Below are positions 1 to 10,325 of a DNA stretch of 64,000 bases, one piece after another. Numbering within the stretch: position 1 is the stretch's first letter; every line of letters starts with the position of its first letter. The stretch is from Pseudomonadota bacterium. GTDB taxonomy: Bacteria > Bdellovibrionota_B > Oligoflexia > Silvanigrellales > Silvanigrellaceae. A program made the translations under genes and the position numbers. Below the pieces are notes generated by a model, which did not search any database, was not told the origin of the DNA, and saw nothing but the letters and a program-made list of their open reading frames with translations. The stretch covers positions 1-64,000 of the forward strand of contig JBDLRP010000006.1 in the NCBI GenBank assembly GCA_039799905.1. Direction: 5' to 3'.

Positions 1-1412
1 CGCTCGCGGAAAACACGCGTGGGCGCCTGCTCGACTGCGGGTGTTTGGATGATTTCTTTCACTGCACTGACGAACCTGTCCATCTCGGAACGACTTTCAG
101 TTTCTGTCGGCTCGATCATGATCGCATTCTTCACACACAGCGGAAAGTGCACAGTCATCGGATGCATTCCGTAGTCGATCAGACGCTTGGCGAGTTTGGT
201 CGTGTCGAGGTTCAGCTCTCGCTGATTGCGGTCATTGAAAACGACTTCATGCAGCGTTGGAGCGTTGATTGGCATGTAAAGCACGTCTTTCAATTGCGAA
301 CGCATATAATTCGCATTGAGAATGGCATTCTCGGACACCTGCCGGAGACCTTCGCCACCCAGCGCGCGAATGTAACACCATGCGCGAATAAACATGCCGT
401 AGTTGCCGAAAAATGCCTTCACACGGCCGATGGTCTGTGGAGCGTTGTCGGAGAGCACGATTTTCTCGCCGTGCTTTTCCAGTCTCGGCACCGGCAAAAA
501 CGGCACAAGACGCTCAGAAACTGCAATCGGACCGGAACCCGGACCGCCGCCGCCGTGTGGGGTTGAAAATGTTTTATGCAGGTTGAACTGAATCACGTCG
601 GCACCGAAATCACCCGGACGGCTGAGGCCGAGTACTGCATTGAGGTTAGCGCCGTCGATATAAAGAAGCGCATCACGCTCGTGGAGCATGTTGGCAACGG
701 TCTGAATATTCTTTTCAAAAATTCCGAGCGTGTTGGGATTTGTTGTCATGAGTGCGGCCACATCGTCGTTCAACACGGCTGCGAGTGCGTCGGGGTGAAT
801 CACTCCGTCTTCGCCGGTTGCAATTTGCACGATCTGAAAACCCGCCAACGCCGCTGATGCAGGATTCGTTCCGTGTGCCGTGTCCGCCGTCAGAATCGTT
901 TTACGGTTGCGTCCCTTGGACTTGTGATACGCAGACACAAGCATGAGGCCCGTAAGCTCACCGTGCGCACCCGCAGCTGGCTGCAAGGAAACACCCGGCA
1001 TGCCTGTAACGCCTTTGAGATCTTCAGTCAGTTCCCACATGACCCGCAGGTGACCCTGACTCCACTCAACAGGATCATATGGATGAGCTTCACTCAGTTC
1101 ACCGCTGCGTGCAATTTCTTCGTTGAGGCGCGGGTTATACTTCATGGTGCACGAGCCAAGAGGATAAATCCCGAGGTCGATCGCATAATTCCAAGTCGAC
1201 ATGCGCGTAAAGTGGCGCATGACTTCGGGTTCGCTCAATTCGGGCAGGCGCGCCTTGCGCGTGCGCGCCTTTTTGAACGCTGTTTTTGGCTCAACGCGTG
1301 GAACATCCAACGCGGGTAAACCGACAGCGATTGCGCCGGTACGAGAAGTTTCAAAACTGGGTGGCTCTTCGAGAACCACAGCATGGCCGGTTGTCTTTTT
1401 CAAAAAATCCAT
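1..1412 (-). CDS. gcvPB: Glycine dehydrogenase (decarboxylating) subunit 2, 3' end runs off the window
   Basis: Not in the ORF track because it is open at the edge. ATG at 1412 with GAGGAG SD reads MDFLKKTTGHAVVLEEPPSFETSR; contains FNLHKTFSTPHGGGGPG (PLP-lysine motif); directly follows gcvPA. Confidence 0.93.
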   Translation of the reverse strand, partial: MDFLKKTTGHAVVLEEPPSFETSRTGAIAVGLPALDVPRVEPKTAFKKARTRKARLPELSEPEVMRHFTRMSTWNYAIDLGIYPLGSCTMKYNPRLNEEIARSGELSEAHPYDPVEWSQGHLRVMWELTEDLKGVTGMPGVSLQPAAGAHGELTGLMLVSAYHKSKGRNRKTILTADTAHGTNPASAALAGFQIVQIATGEDGVIHPDALAAVLNDDVAALMTTNPNTLGIFEKNIQTVANMLHERDALLYIDGANLNAVLGLSRPGDFGADVIQFNLHKTFSTPHGGGGPGSGPIAVSERLVPFLPVPRLEKHGEKIVLSDNAPQTIGRVKAFFGNYGMFIRAWCYIRALGGEGLRQVSENAILNANYMRSQLKDVLYMPINAPTLHEVVFNDRNQRELNLDTTKLAKRLIDYGMHPMTVHFPLCVKNAIMIEPTETESRSEMDRFVSAVKEIIQTPAVEQAPTRVFRE

Positions 1413-1422
1413 GTCCGTCTCC

Positions 1423-2784
1423 TCAGGCCAGTTCACGCACAAGTTGCGCAAGGTGATCGATATCTTCACGTGACTTCTTCTCGGTGACGCACACCAGGAG
1501 TCCGGTCTTGTCGGATGCGTCGAAACGGCTGAGAGCCACCCCCGGCGCAATTCCACGTGCAGCTGCCTTTGTGAAAAATTCCTGTGCAGGTGTGTTCAGA
1601 TCGACGACAAATTCATTGAATGTCGACTGTTTGGAATAGCGCAGACGCGCCTTTCCGGTGGAGAGCAGTTTTTCCTTGGCATATTCAGTCTTGGAAAGAT
1701 TCTGCACGGCCAGTTCGTAAAAGCCTTCTTTGCCCATCATGGTCAGCCAAATGGTTGCCCACAACGCCATCAGATTTTGGTTGGTGCAAATGTTAGATGT
1801 GGCCTTGTCGCGGCGGATGTGTTGCTCGCGAGTAGAGAGCGTCAGCGTGTACGCACGGCGCCCCTGCGCATCGATGGTCTCGCCGCACAGACGTCCCGGC
1901 ATTTGCCGAACAAACTCCATCTTTGATGTAAATAGCCCGACGAAAGGTCCGCCGAAACTCTGCGGCACACCAAAGCTCTGTCCTTCGCCCGTCGCAATAT
2001 CTGCGCCGCACTCGCCGGGAGTCGGCAGAACTGCGAGGCTGAGAGTCTCGGGAGTGCTGACAATGAACAACGCACCCTTCGACTTCGCCAGACTGGCAAG
2101 AGATTCGAGATCCTCAACGCAACCATAGAAGTTGGGGCTTTGAACAATCACTCCCATGACCGTGTCATTGAGAAGGCTCTTGAGCGTGTTGATCGACGTG
2201 ACTCCGTCCTCGAGCGGGACAAAGCCGATTTCTACACCGAGATTTGCAAGGTACGTCTTGAGAACTTCCACATACTCAGGATGAACCGAAGAGGAAACCA
2301 GCAATCGGTTGCGATCTTTGTTGAGACGCATTGCCATCAGCGCGGCTTCGGCCAGCGATGTGGAGGCGTCATAGTGGGACGCATTTGAGACTTCCATCCC
2401 AAAGAGCTCTGCCACCATGGTTTGAAATTCGAACAATGCCTGCAGAGTGCCTTGCGACATCTCCGGCTGATAGGGTGTGTAGGAGGTGAGAAACTCACCA
2501 CGCAGTGTCAGCTGATTTACCGCAGCCGGACACATGTGATCGTAAATTCCGGCGCCAATAAAGCTCAGTGCGTTCTTTGCATAACGCCCGTCTTTCATGA
2601 GTTCCCGCACTCGGCGGCGGATTTCCATTTCCGACTGGGCTGGACCGCTCGGCAAAACGCCATTGAACCGAACGTCGCTCGGAATACCCGTGAGCAGATC
2701 TTCAATTGAGTTCACGCCGCAGGCCTTCAGCAAATCCGCCCTGTCGGTTGCGGTTGTAGGGAGAAAACGATGTTGAACAGTCAT
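1423..2784 (-). CDS. gcvPA: Glycine dehydrogenase (decarboxylating) subunit 1
   Basis: FIGAGIYDH, YTPYQPEMSQGTLQALFEFQT and TREQHIRRDKATSNICTNQ motifs; 453 aa. Confidence 0.96.
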   Translation of the reverse strand: MTVQHRFLPTTATDRADLLKACGVNSIEDLLTGIPSDVRFNGVLPSGPAQSEMEIRRRVRELMKDGRYAKNALSFIGAGIYDHMCPAAVNQLTLRGEFLTSYTPYQPEMSQGTLQALFEFQTMVAELFGMEVSNASHYDASTSLAEAALMAMRLNKDRNRLLVSSSVHPEYVEVLKTYLANLGVEIGFVPLEDGVTSINTLKSLLNDTVMGVIVQSPNFYGCVEDLESLASLAKSKGALFIVSTPETLSLAVLPTPGECGADIATGEGQSFGVPQSFGGPFVGLFTSKMEFVRQMPGRLCGETIDAQGRRAYTLTLSTREQHIRRDKATSNICTNQNLMALWATIWLTMMGKEGFYELAVQNLSKTEYAKEKLLSTGKARLRYSKQSTFNEFVVDLNTPAQEFFTKAAARGIAPGVALSRFDASDKTGLLVCVTEKKSREDIDHLAQLVRELA

Positions 2785-2810
2785 GAGCTAGCTCTCACAA
2801 GAGATTGATA

Positions 2811-2842
2811 AAAATCAGAAAGGGCGTCGGAAAGACGCCCCT
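2811..2842 (-). terminator. Intrinsic terminator-like hairpin between gcvH and gcvPA
   Basis: Minus strand GGGCGTC-TTTCC-GACGCCC followed by TTTCTGATTTTT. Confidence 0.6.
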
Positions 2843-2851
2843 GTGACCGCA

Positions 2852-3241
2852 TCAGTGGCTCGAAGCCTCTGCGATGTACTTTTGATACTGTTCTGCGCTC
2901 ATCAGATTTGCCGGTGTTCCTTCGAGAGTCACCTTGATGAGCCAGTTCTTGCCGTGCGGATCCTGGGTGATGTCCTCGGGCGCATTGGTCAGCGCCGAGT
3001 TCACTTCGACCACAGTTCCAGCCGCCGGCATATAGAGGTCGGAAACAGTTTTGGTTGACTCGATTGTTCCGAAGGATTCTCCGGCTTTGAATTTTGCACC
3101 GACCTTGGGAAGATCGAGGTGTACAACGTCACCAAGCTGCTCGATGGCAAATGCAGTGATGCCGACCACACCGTTCGCACCGTCAACGCGAATCCATTCA
3201 TGCTCTTTGGTGTAATGAAGTTCCTTTGGATATTGGCTCAT
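2852..3241 (-). CDS. gcvH: Glycine cleavage system H protein
   Basis: YTKEHEW, VGITAFAIEQLGDVV and lipoyl-lysine motif IESTKTVSD; start placed at MSQYPKE after a GGGAG SD. Confidence 0.96.
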   Translation of the reverse strand: MSQYPKELHYTKEHEWIRVDGANGVVGITAFAIEQLGDVVHLDLPKVGAKFKAGESFGTIESTKTVSDLYMPAAGTVVEVNSALTNAPEDITQDPHGKNWLIKVTLEGTPANLMSAEQYQKYIAEASSH

Positions 3242-3257
3242 GAGTGAAACTCCCGTT

Positions 3258-4382
3258 TTAAAGTTGTGCTGTTCCGTTTGAATAAAATGGTTTCTTAACG
3301 ACCTTCGCTGCTTTTCTTTCGCCGCGGATTTCGACAAAAATATCAGTTCCGACTGCGGAGAATGAAGGCGTCACGTAGGCCATGCCGATGTTCAGATTGA
3401 TGCTTGGACCAACCGTTCCGCTGGTGACCCATCCCAGTTCCTGACCACCTTCGGCGGCGGAGAAAACTTTGTAGCCGTGACGCGCAATCGCCTTGTCGAT
3501 CATCTGCACACCGACAAGCTGACGCTTAAGCCCAGCTTCCTTTTGCGCAGCCAGTGCCTTGCTGCCGACAAAATCACCCTTTGCAAATTTGGTGACCCAG
3601 CCGAGCCCGCACTCAAGAGCGGAAATGCCCTCGTCCATGTCGTTGCCGTACAGAAGATAGCCCATCTCAAGGCGAAGTGTGTCGCGCGCGCCCAGCCCGC
3701 ACGGCTTGCCACCGAACTTCTGCGCACCTTCAACCAACGCCGACCAGATTCTGCCACCCGCCTGTGAGGGAACATAAAGCTCGTATCCCAGCTCTCCGGT
3801 GTATCCGGTGCGCGCAATGATCGACGGCTGGCCAAGAACTTTACCCTCGGCAAACCAGTAATATTTCAGCTGCGAAATGTTGATGTCGACAACCTGCTGA
3901 ACCAGTTCACGTGCTTTTGGGCCCTGCACTGCGATTTGCGCATAAGCCTCGGAAGCATTCTCAAGCACAACTCCCGAAGCAGGAAGATGCGCCCTCAACC
4001 ACTGTTCATCTTTGTCGGTATTGGATGCGTTGACGCAGACGAGGAAACTGTCCATCCCGCGGCGATACACGATGATGTCGTCGATCACGCAGCCGTCTTC
4101 CTTGCACAGCGCCGAATACTGCGCCTGCCCGATGGCGATCTTTGTCACGTCGTTGGTCGTCATGCGTTGCAAAAAGTCATTTGCGCCACGACCAGACACC
4201 ATCAGCTCACCCATGTGGCTGACATCAAACAGTCCCACCGTGGTGCGCACAGTTTTGTGTTCGTCGATAACACCGGAATACTGAACCGGCATATCCCAGC
4301 CACCGAAATCCACCATGCGGGCTCCGAGCCTGCGGTGTTCATCATTGAGCGAGGTGCGCTTGAGAGGTGATTTTGATGCCAC
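3258..4382 (-). CDS. gcvT: Glycine cleavage system aminomethyltransferase T
   Basis: MVDFGGWDMPVQY, GLFDVSHMGE, RTGYTGELGYE, GLGARDTLRLEMG. Confidence 0.96.
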   Translation of the reverse strand: MASKSPLKRTSLNDEHRRLGARMVDFGGWDMPVQYSGVIDEHKTVRTTVGLFDVSHMGELMVSGRGANDFLQRMTTNDVTKIAIGQAQYSALCKEDGCVIDDIIVYRRGMDSFLVCVNASNTDKDEQWLRAHLPASGVVLENASEAYAQIAVQGPKARELVQQVVDINISQLKYYWFAEGKVLGQPSIIARTGYTGELGYELYVPSQAGGRIWSALVEGAQKFGGKPCGLGARDTLRLEMGYLLYGNDMDEGISALECGLGWVTKFAKGDFVGSKALAAQKEAGLKRQLVGVQMIDKAIARHGYKVFSAAEGGQELGWVTSGTVGPSINLNIGMAYVTPSFSAVGTDIFVEIRGERKAAKVVKKPFYSNGTAQL

Positions 4383-4393
4383 AAATAATCCCT

Positions 4394-4951
4394 TTATTTT
4401 CCGACTAATTTGTTGAGATTAGCCTTGTAGAATTCACACGCCTTTTCGACAACCTTCTCGGCATCGGCACGTTGCAGCCATGCACCCACTTCGACAACCT
4501 TTTTTTCCAGTGCCTTGTAAGAACGGAAAAACTGTTCGATTTCTTTGAGGATGTGCGGATTGACTTCAGACAGCTCTGTGATGTGCTTGTATTGCGGATC
4601 GTCTGCGTGAACGGCGATGACTTTGTCGTCTTCTTCTCCGCCGTCAATCACTTTCAAGCATCCGACGACGCGTGCGTTCATAATGCACAGCGGAACTGCG
4701 GGGTCCTGACCCAGCACGAGAATGTCGAGGGCGTCGCCGTCGTCGCAGTACGTTTGCGGAATGAAGCCGTAGTTTGTCGGGTAAACAACTGAGCTGGACA
4801 TAACGCGATCCATGAGCAAAAGACCCGACTCTTTGTCGATTTCGTATTTGCTCTTCGATCCGCGTGGGATTTCGATGATTGCATGGACGATCGACGGGGA
4901 TTTCTTGCCAACGGCAACGGTGTGCCACGGATGCCAGGGATTCACGCTCAT
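4394..4951 (-). CDS. ppa: Inorganic pyrophosphatase (family I)
   Basis: IEIPRGSKSKYE, YPTNYGFIPQT, DGDALD; start at MSVNPWHPWH. Confidence 0.95.
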   Translation of the reverse strand: MSVNPWHPWHTVAVGKKSPSIVHAIIEIPRGSKSKYEIDKESGLLLMDRVMSSSVVYPTNYGFIPQTYCDDGDALDILVLGQDPAVPLCIMNARVVGCLKVIDGGEEDDKVIAVHADDPQYKHITELSEVNPHILKEIEQFFRSYKALEKKVVEVGAWLQRADAEKVVEKACEFYKANLNKLVGK

Positions 4952-5040
4952 GTCAGACCTCTTGGAATTCAGTATGTTTGACGGACGGCTGGTTTTAACC
5001 CCGAGCCGCCCGTTCAGCAAGAGATCTAAGCTCAAAATAC

Positions 5041-8010
5041 CTAGATTTGATGCGACTCAACGACACCCTCATGGACAAGAGCATCCATCGACGGGGTATC
5101 GTTGTCTTCGGCGCTTTCCATTGCGTCTTCCGCTTTGGCAGGTGCAAGAAGCTTAAGCAAATCTTCGCGGGAAAGGTTTTTGAAGATTTCTGAGTCTTCT
5201 TCAACAAATCTTTCAAAAATCAGCTTTTTACGATTGATGATTTCATCAATACGTTCTTCGAGGGTGCCCTTTGTCACCAATTTATAGACCTGAACGTTCT
5301 TTTGCTGACCGATGCGGTGGATTCGGTCGGTAGCCTGATTTTCCTTCGCGGCATTCCACCAGCGGTCGAAGTGAATCACAACGTTCGCAGCCGTCAGGTC
5401 GATACCCGTACCACCCGCCAAGAGCGAGCCAATAAAGACTTTAACCTGCGGATCTTCCTGAAACTGCTTGACCAGAGCGCCGCGGTTGGTGGACTGACCG
5501 GTGAGGATGACATGATTGACACCACGCCGGCCCAAGCGCTCGCTCAAACGGTTGACCATCTTTGCGTACTGAGAAAACACGACCACCTTCTGCTCACTGG
5601 CAAGCGCTTCGCTTAATATTTCATCAAAAAGTGCCAGTTTACCGCTGCTGACATCCTCGTAGCGCGGGTCGATGAGGGCCGGATCATTACAAATTTGTTT
5701 GAGGAACGAAATGACCGAAAAAATATGCACGTAAGGGATTGGCCCCTGCTCGCTCTCAAGAGCTTCCACCAATTCCCGGCCGCGCAACGACAATGCCTCG
5801 TTGTAGAGCTCAACCTGCTTCTTGTTGAGATTGCAGTGACGAATGTCTTCGACCTTGTCTGGCAATTCCTTGAGAACCTCGCGCTTGTTACGCCGCAATT
5901 TAAACGGATGGATGAGACGCTGCAGCTCCAGGTCGGCGAGCGGATTGGTGCGTTTTTCCGACATGTACTTCTTGCGGAATTCACTGTCGGTGCCCAAGTA
6001 GTTTGGCGCAATGTAGTCAAACAGATTTTTCAATTCGAGAAGATCATTTTCGAGCGGAGTACCTGTCAGGCATAAGCGCATCCGACTGCCCAAGCGGACT
6101 GCGGCGCGATAGGTTCGTGTTGACTGGTTTTTAACGAGATGCGCCTCATCGAGAATGACGAGCTCAGTTGGACAGCGGGTGAGGAACTCAAAGTCCCGCA
6201 ACAGGATTCCATAACTTGTGACAAGCACGAGATGTTCATTCGGACGTCGGTAAACGTCCTGCTTGCGCTCGGCACCGTGGTAGCAAATGACCCTGATATT
6301 CGGAACGAATTGAGCGAGTTTGTCTATCCAGTGGTCAATCACACTCGTCGGACAAACGACCAAGGTCAACTTGCGTGTCTCACGCTCCGCAACGGCAGAA
6401 ATCAACGCCATCGTCTGATGTGTTTTTCCGAGACCCATTTCGTCAGCAAGCAGCCCACCAAGACCATTGGAATAGAGCCACCACAGCCACTTGAAGCCTT
6501 CCAATTGATAGGGCCGCAATGAAAGACGAGTTGACTTTAGGCTGGGCAGATCGATGTCCTTCATGCCGAGCAAACCATTTCTCAGTCGGGCAACAACATC
6601 ACCAGTGCCGACAATCTCGCTTTCAGCTGCGAACTGCTCGCGAAATTTGATGAGCTCAAGTGTCGTCAGCTTCACACGGCCGTCGGACTGAACGCGCTGT
6701 GCGAGCCAGTCGAGCTCCTCGGGCAACTTCAACCAACCCTGCTTTGTATTGAGAAACTTACGGCCCTCAGCGCGTGCGCGAAGAATCGAAACGAGCAAAT
6801 TTCCGCCTGCGACGGCTGAAGCAAGATTCTCATCGAGCGAAAGATCGGAAGCGCGTGCGGGTTTGCCCTGCGCCTGCTGTTCGTCAGCTTCCGCCGGCTT
6901 GCTTGTCTGAACTCCCCGAAAAGTCGGCTCAACAAAAAACAGCCCATCAATCGAAGTCTTCAATTTAAGTTCTGGGATTGTGAATTTTGAGAAAACCTTC
7001 ACTTTCGAAAGCTCAGAGGCAATCTTTATTTCTGCTGTTTCGCGCAGACGCTCGAAACTGGTTTCCAGCAACAATGCCGCAGTGTCGTTGTCGAGTGTCG
7101 CAATGCGCGGATATTCTTCCCAGCGGGAAATCTGTGCGGTGTTCATGTCATCGCGGAAAGGAACAAGGCCTGACTTTGGAATAAATATCCCGAGCCGTCC
7201 GACAGTACGAATGTCCAGACCCTCGAGCTCGAAAGTTTTGCGCTGCCTACCGGATGAATCTTTGATGACTATTGTTCTATATATCTGCACGCCCGCGGGC
7301 CCCGACTTGCGACAATCGAAAACGCGGGTCGCGGTCAGTGTATTGCTCACGAGAGCGAGAATCTTCTTTGGGATTTGTGCCCTGATGTCGGGCGACGTCA
7401 GAACGCGAAAAGCGTCATCGATGGGAAGGTTGTATGTCAAAGACTTTTCCGGCCCGTAGTCGACCGTCAGCTGCAATGAGCAATCCTCGTCACTCCAGCG
7501 TGCATCGAGAACCCGTGCCTTGCCTTCGGTCAGGATGATGCCAAGCCCGCGCGAGATTTCTCCTCCTGCAGGGGCTTTGATGGGCACCGCCGAAGAACCT
7601 GACGCATCAGAGCCAGCACTTCCCAGCAAGACATTTTCAAAACTGGTTTCTTTTTTAAACAGAAACTTGTCGGCTCCAAGACCCGACAGACCAAATTTCT
7701 CGAGCACCTCTGGACGATCTTGATCGAGCACGACGCACAGAGCCGCAAGGTGCGCGCACTTCTCGCCGCGGCGCCGGTTTGCCTGGCATGTGCACTCCAT
7801 CCACTGAACACCCTTGCCCTGTGAGTGGAGCTTCAGACGAACGTCGTAATTTTCACCAATGCCGGCACGGACCCGTGCACTGACGAGTTCACCGTAGAAG
7901 GAAAGATTGACGACGCTGCCCGATCGAAACAGCGAAACCCCGCCCTGCCACTGCGGCCCGGCAAACTGTGGAAAAACGATGTCAACAAACGAAAGACCGG
8001 CCATGCACAC
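5041..8010 (-). CDS. SWIM zinc finger / SNF2-family (DEAH) helicase
   Basis: CTC-x9-CAH SWIM motif; LRPYQ, LADEMGLGKT, DEAH, TGTPLEN, QATDRIHRIGQ. Confidence 0.92.
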   Translation of the reverse strand: MCMAGLSFVDIVFPQFAGPQWQGGVSLFRSGSVVNLSFYGELVSARVRAGIGENYDVRLKLHSQGKGVQWMECTCQANRRRGEKCAHLAALCVVLDQDRPEVLEKFGLSGLGADKFLFKKETSFENVLLGSAGSDASGSSAVPIKAPAGGEISRGLGIILTEGKARVLDARWSDEDCSLQLTVDYGPEKSLTYNLPIDDAFRVLTSPDIRAQIPKKILALVSNTLTATRVFDCRKSGPAGVQIYRTIVIKDSSGRQRKTFELEGLDIRTVGRLGIFIPKSGLVPFRDDMNTAQISRWEEYPRIATLDNDTAALLLETSFERLRETAEIKIASELSKVKVFSKFTIPELKLKTSIDGLFFVEPTFRGVQTSKPAEADEQQAQGKPARASDLSLDENLASAVAGGNLLVSILRARAEGRKFLNTKQGWLKLPEELDWLAQRVQSDGRVKLTTLELIKFREQFAAESEIVGTGDVVARLRNGLLGMKDIDLPSLKSTRLSLRPYQLEGFKWLWWLYSNGLGGLLADEMGLGKTHQTMALISAVAERETRKLTLVVCPTSVIDHWIDKLAQFVPNIRVICYHGAERKQDVYRRPNEHLVLVTSYGILLRDFEFLTRCPTELVILDEAHLVKNQSTRTYRAAVRLGSRMRLCLTGTPLENDLLELKNLFDYIAPNYLGTDSEFRKKYMSEKRTNPLADLELQRLIHPFKLRRNKREVLKELPDKVEDIRHCNLNKKQVELYNEALSLRGRELVEALESEQGPIPYVHIFSVISFLKQICNDPALIDPRYEDVSSGKLALFDEILSEALASEQKVVVFSQYAKMVNRLSERLGRRGVNHVILTGQSTNRGALVKQFQEDPQVKVFIGSLLAGGTGIDLTAANVVIHFDRWWNAAKENQATDRIHRIGQQKNVQVYKLVTKGTLEERIDEIINRKKLIFERFVEEDSEIFKNLSREDLLKLLAPAKAEDAMESAEDNDTPSMDALVHEGVVESHQI

Positions 8011-8040
8011 TCCAGTTTACGCTACGTCAGCCGCCTTACT

Positions 8041-9474
8041 TTATTGACTGATTCTCTCAAGATTTTTGCGATCCTGTCGATCGATCTTCAGGTATTGTGC
8101 CAGACTAATTTGTGCCAAAGAACTTGCTCTGACGACCCAGTTTTTCGGGCTTGCAACAACCGTCCCGATAGCGACGTTCTGTGGCGACTCCAAGGGCGCC
8201 ACACCGCTGAACCAAGTGTAAAGCGTACCACGCTCCTCGGCATCGGAGAGCGTTCCAGTTTTGCCGCCGATTTCGAATCGGTCGCCGGCTGTTCCCTTGC
8301 GCCTGAAATATTTACGGCTTGTTCCTGCAAGAATGGTTTCCTGCATCAGGCGTTGCATTTTGTCGGCGGTTTTCTTTGAAAAGATTCTTGAGATTTCCAA
8401 GGGAGTGGCCGCGTAAACCTGCTTGCCCGCTGCATCATAAGCAGCTTCAACGAGATAGGGCGCCATTAAGACGCCGGAATTGCCCGCTGCAGCCGACAGC
8501 ATTGCCGCATGCACGGGTGAAATCTTGGAGGCACCGAATCCCGCTCCCGCCTCACCGACTTCCAATGCGGTTGCCATCTCCAATGCAGGCATGAGCGCCG
8601 CACTGGTTTCGATACGCAGGTCGCTTGGAATGGGCCGGTTGAACATATACTTCTCGGCGAACTGTCGCAGAGTTGCGAGTCCGGTTTCGTACAGCGCGAG
8701 GCGCGCAAACACCGTGTTGCAGCTGACACCGAAGGCATGCGAAAACGACATATGCTGACGATCTGACTGTCCGTCACGCAGCCAGTTTCTGTTTCGCAAC
8801 GTCCCGCAGCCTCCGTGGTACGGAATTTCCTGATCCGGGTCGAGGCCGTTTTTTTCGATTGCCGCCGTCGCAGTGACAATCTTCATCAGACTCGCAGCTG
8901 GCGCCCGAGCGGCAACAAGAATTGATTCATCGGTCACAAGAGGACTGCGCGAATCGCCCCGTGTCTCAACCATCGCAAGGATGCGACCAGTACGCGATTC
9001 AAGAATGACTGTTGCCGCAGCAATATTCCGCTGTGTCGAAAGTGTCTTTTCGAGTGCAGCCTGCAATTCGGGCTGAATTGTCAATTTGAGGTTGAGGCCT
9101 TTATAATTCACAAAAGTCGCGCGTTCTTTGACTGTGATACGCTTTTCGATGTCGCGCCACTGAATTTGACCGAACGGGGTCTTAAAGGCGTGCCGCTCGT
9201 TGCTGAGCTCCTCGCGCGGATCGCGGTATCCCTGAGTCTGAAAGCTTCCGCCAATCTTCTGCGAGGCATTTGTCGAGTTGGGATCCACCGAGGTCTCATT
9301 GTCCACGGCCGGTTTCTGATCTGTCACAGCCGAAGACTTTTCACCTGACGAGGATTTCGGGTCATTATCGAATGCTTGAAAAAAGAGGCCTGCCGCGATG
9401 CACGAGGCACCTGTCAGGACTCGTACCATCACCTGCCGGCTCGTCATGACTCTGCGGCGTTTGACTTGAACCAT
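8041..9474 (-). CDS. Penicillin-binding protein, transpeptidase domain with N-terminal membrane anchor
   Basis: SxxK (ASLMK), SxN (SCN) and KTG (KTGT) motifs; hydrophobic N-terminal segment. Confidence 0.85.
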   Translation of the reverse strand: MVQVKRRRVMTSRQVMVRVLTGASCIAAGLFFQAFDNDPKSSSGEKSSAVTDQKPAVDNETSVDPNSTNASQKIGGSFQTQGYRDPREELSNERHAFKTPFGQIQWRDIEKRITVKERATFVNYKGLNLKLTIQPELQAALEKTLSTQRNIAAATVILESRTGRILAMVETRGDSRSPLVTDESILVAARAPAASLMKIVTATAAIEKNGLDPDQEIPYHGGCGTLRNRNWLRDGQSDRQHMSFSHAFGVSCNTVFARLALYETGLATLRQFAEKYMFNRPIPSDLRIETSAALMPALEMATALEVGEAGAGFGASKISPVHAAMLSAAAGNSGVLMAPYLVEAAYDAAGKQVYAATPLEISRIFSKKTADKMQRLMQETILAGTSRKYFRRKGTAGDRFEIGGKTGTLSDAEERGTLYTWFSGVAPLESPQNVAIGTVVASPKNWVVRASSLAQISLAQYLKIDRQDRKNLERISQ

Positions 9475-9511
9475 TCAACAACACACTCATCCTTGAAACA
9501 ATTCAGATTGT

Positions 9512-10054
9512 TCAGCGGATGTCCTTTCGCCTTAGAGTGTAGGCTGTAAAAGACCGAATAGCCATGTCACCACTCTGCCAGTCAGGCAGGAGTCGATCCC
9601 GTAAACGCTCCGCCTCGAGCCCAGCAGCACTCAAACGAGCATTCGGCAGGATATCGGCCGACACCTCAGGCAAAGCCTCTACCATCAGATTTATATGCGA
9701 GAAATTGGGATTTCTTTTCAATACGTCATGTGCAATCGCAACCCTCATCGCCGCATGGAGATCAGTGACTGACGCCTCCTCTTGGCAGAGGACTCGATAT
9801 TTCAAGTCGGAGCGGCCAAGCTGTTCCCATTCCTCGAGTCGGCGAATCAGCGAATGAGAATCCTCTCGGTGATTCACGAACAGACCGCGCACATCCGTTA
9901 ATTCAATCATCTCTGCCCAGCGAAAACCGACGGCTTCGGGCTGCCAAACCAACCAACCGGTTTTTAATAATTCACAGCCGCTTGTCTGCCGCACGTGACC
10001 GCGCATTTCATTTGCGACCAAGACACACCACAATCGGATGTTTTCTTCCGGCAT
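9512..10054 (-). CDS. Hypothetical protein (start uncertain; frame open to 10357)
   Basis: Open frame filling the gap between the PBP and bactofilin genes; no motif recognised. Confidence 0.5.
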   Translation of the reverse strand: MPEENIRLWCVLVANEMRGHVRQTSGCELLKTGWLVWQPEAVGFRWAEMIELTDVRGLFVNHREDSHSLIRRLEEWEQLGRSDLKYRVLCQEEASVTDLHAAMRVAIAHDVLKRNPNFSHINLMVEALPEVSADILPNARLSAAGLEAERLRDRLLPDWQSGDMAIRSFTAYTLRRKDIR

Positions 10055-10325
10055 TGTGTATCGGGAGTCTGTCTGGCAACCGCAGCGGCCAGACGACCGC
10101 CTCCCTGCGCCAAAGACACGCTCGATGTTGCGCAGACGAAGGAGTCGGATCATTGACAGGCTTAGAACGCGCTGTGCCCAGTCAACATGACCATGTGTGG
10201 CCGTACTGTCGGGCGTCACGAGATTGTCTGACGACACTTCTTTCCCCTTTGCGTCCGTGAATAGGCGGTAGTCTGACTTTGAAGCGATTCGATTGAGCCG
10301 TTCTTTCATTTTGCAGGAGTCAGGC

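Noticed and set aside
45..1473. Several plus-strand ORFs at the window start
   Set aside because: They overlap the real minus-strand gcvPB, which the ORF track omitted because it is truncated.
5041..8010. SNF2 helicase as part of an anti-phage defence island
   Set aside because: The SWIM-SNF2 architecture is a common stand-alone type; no methylase, nuclease or other defence genes flank it.
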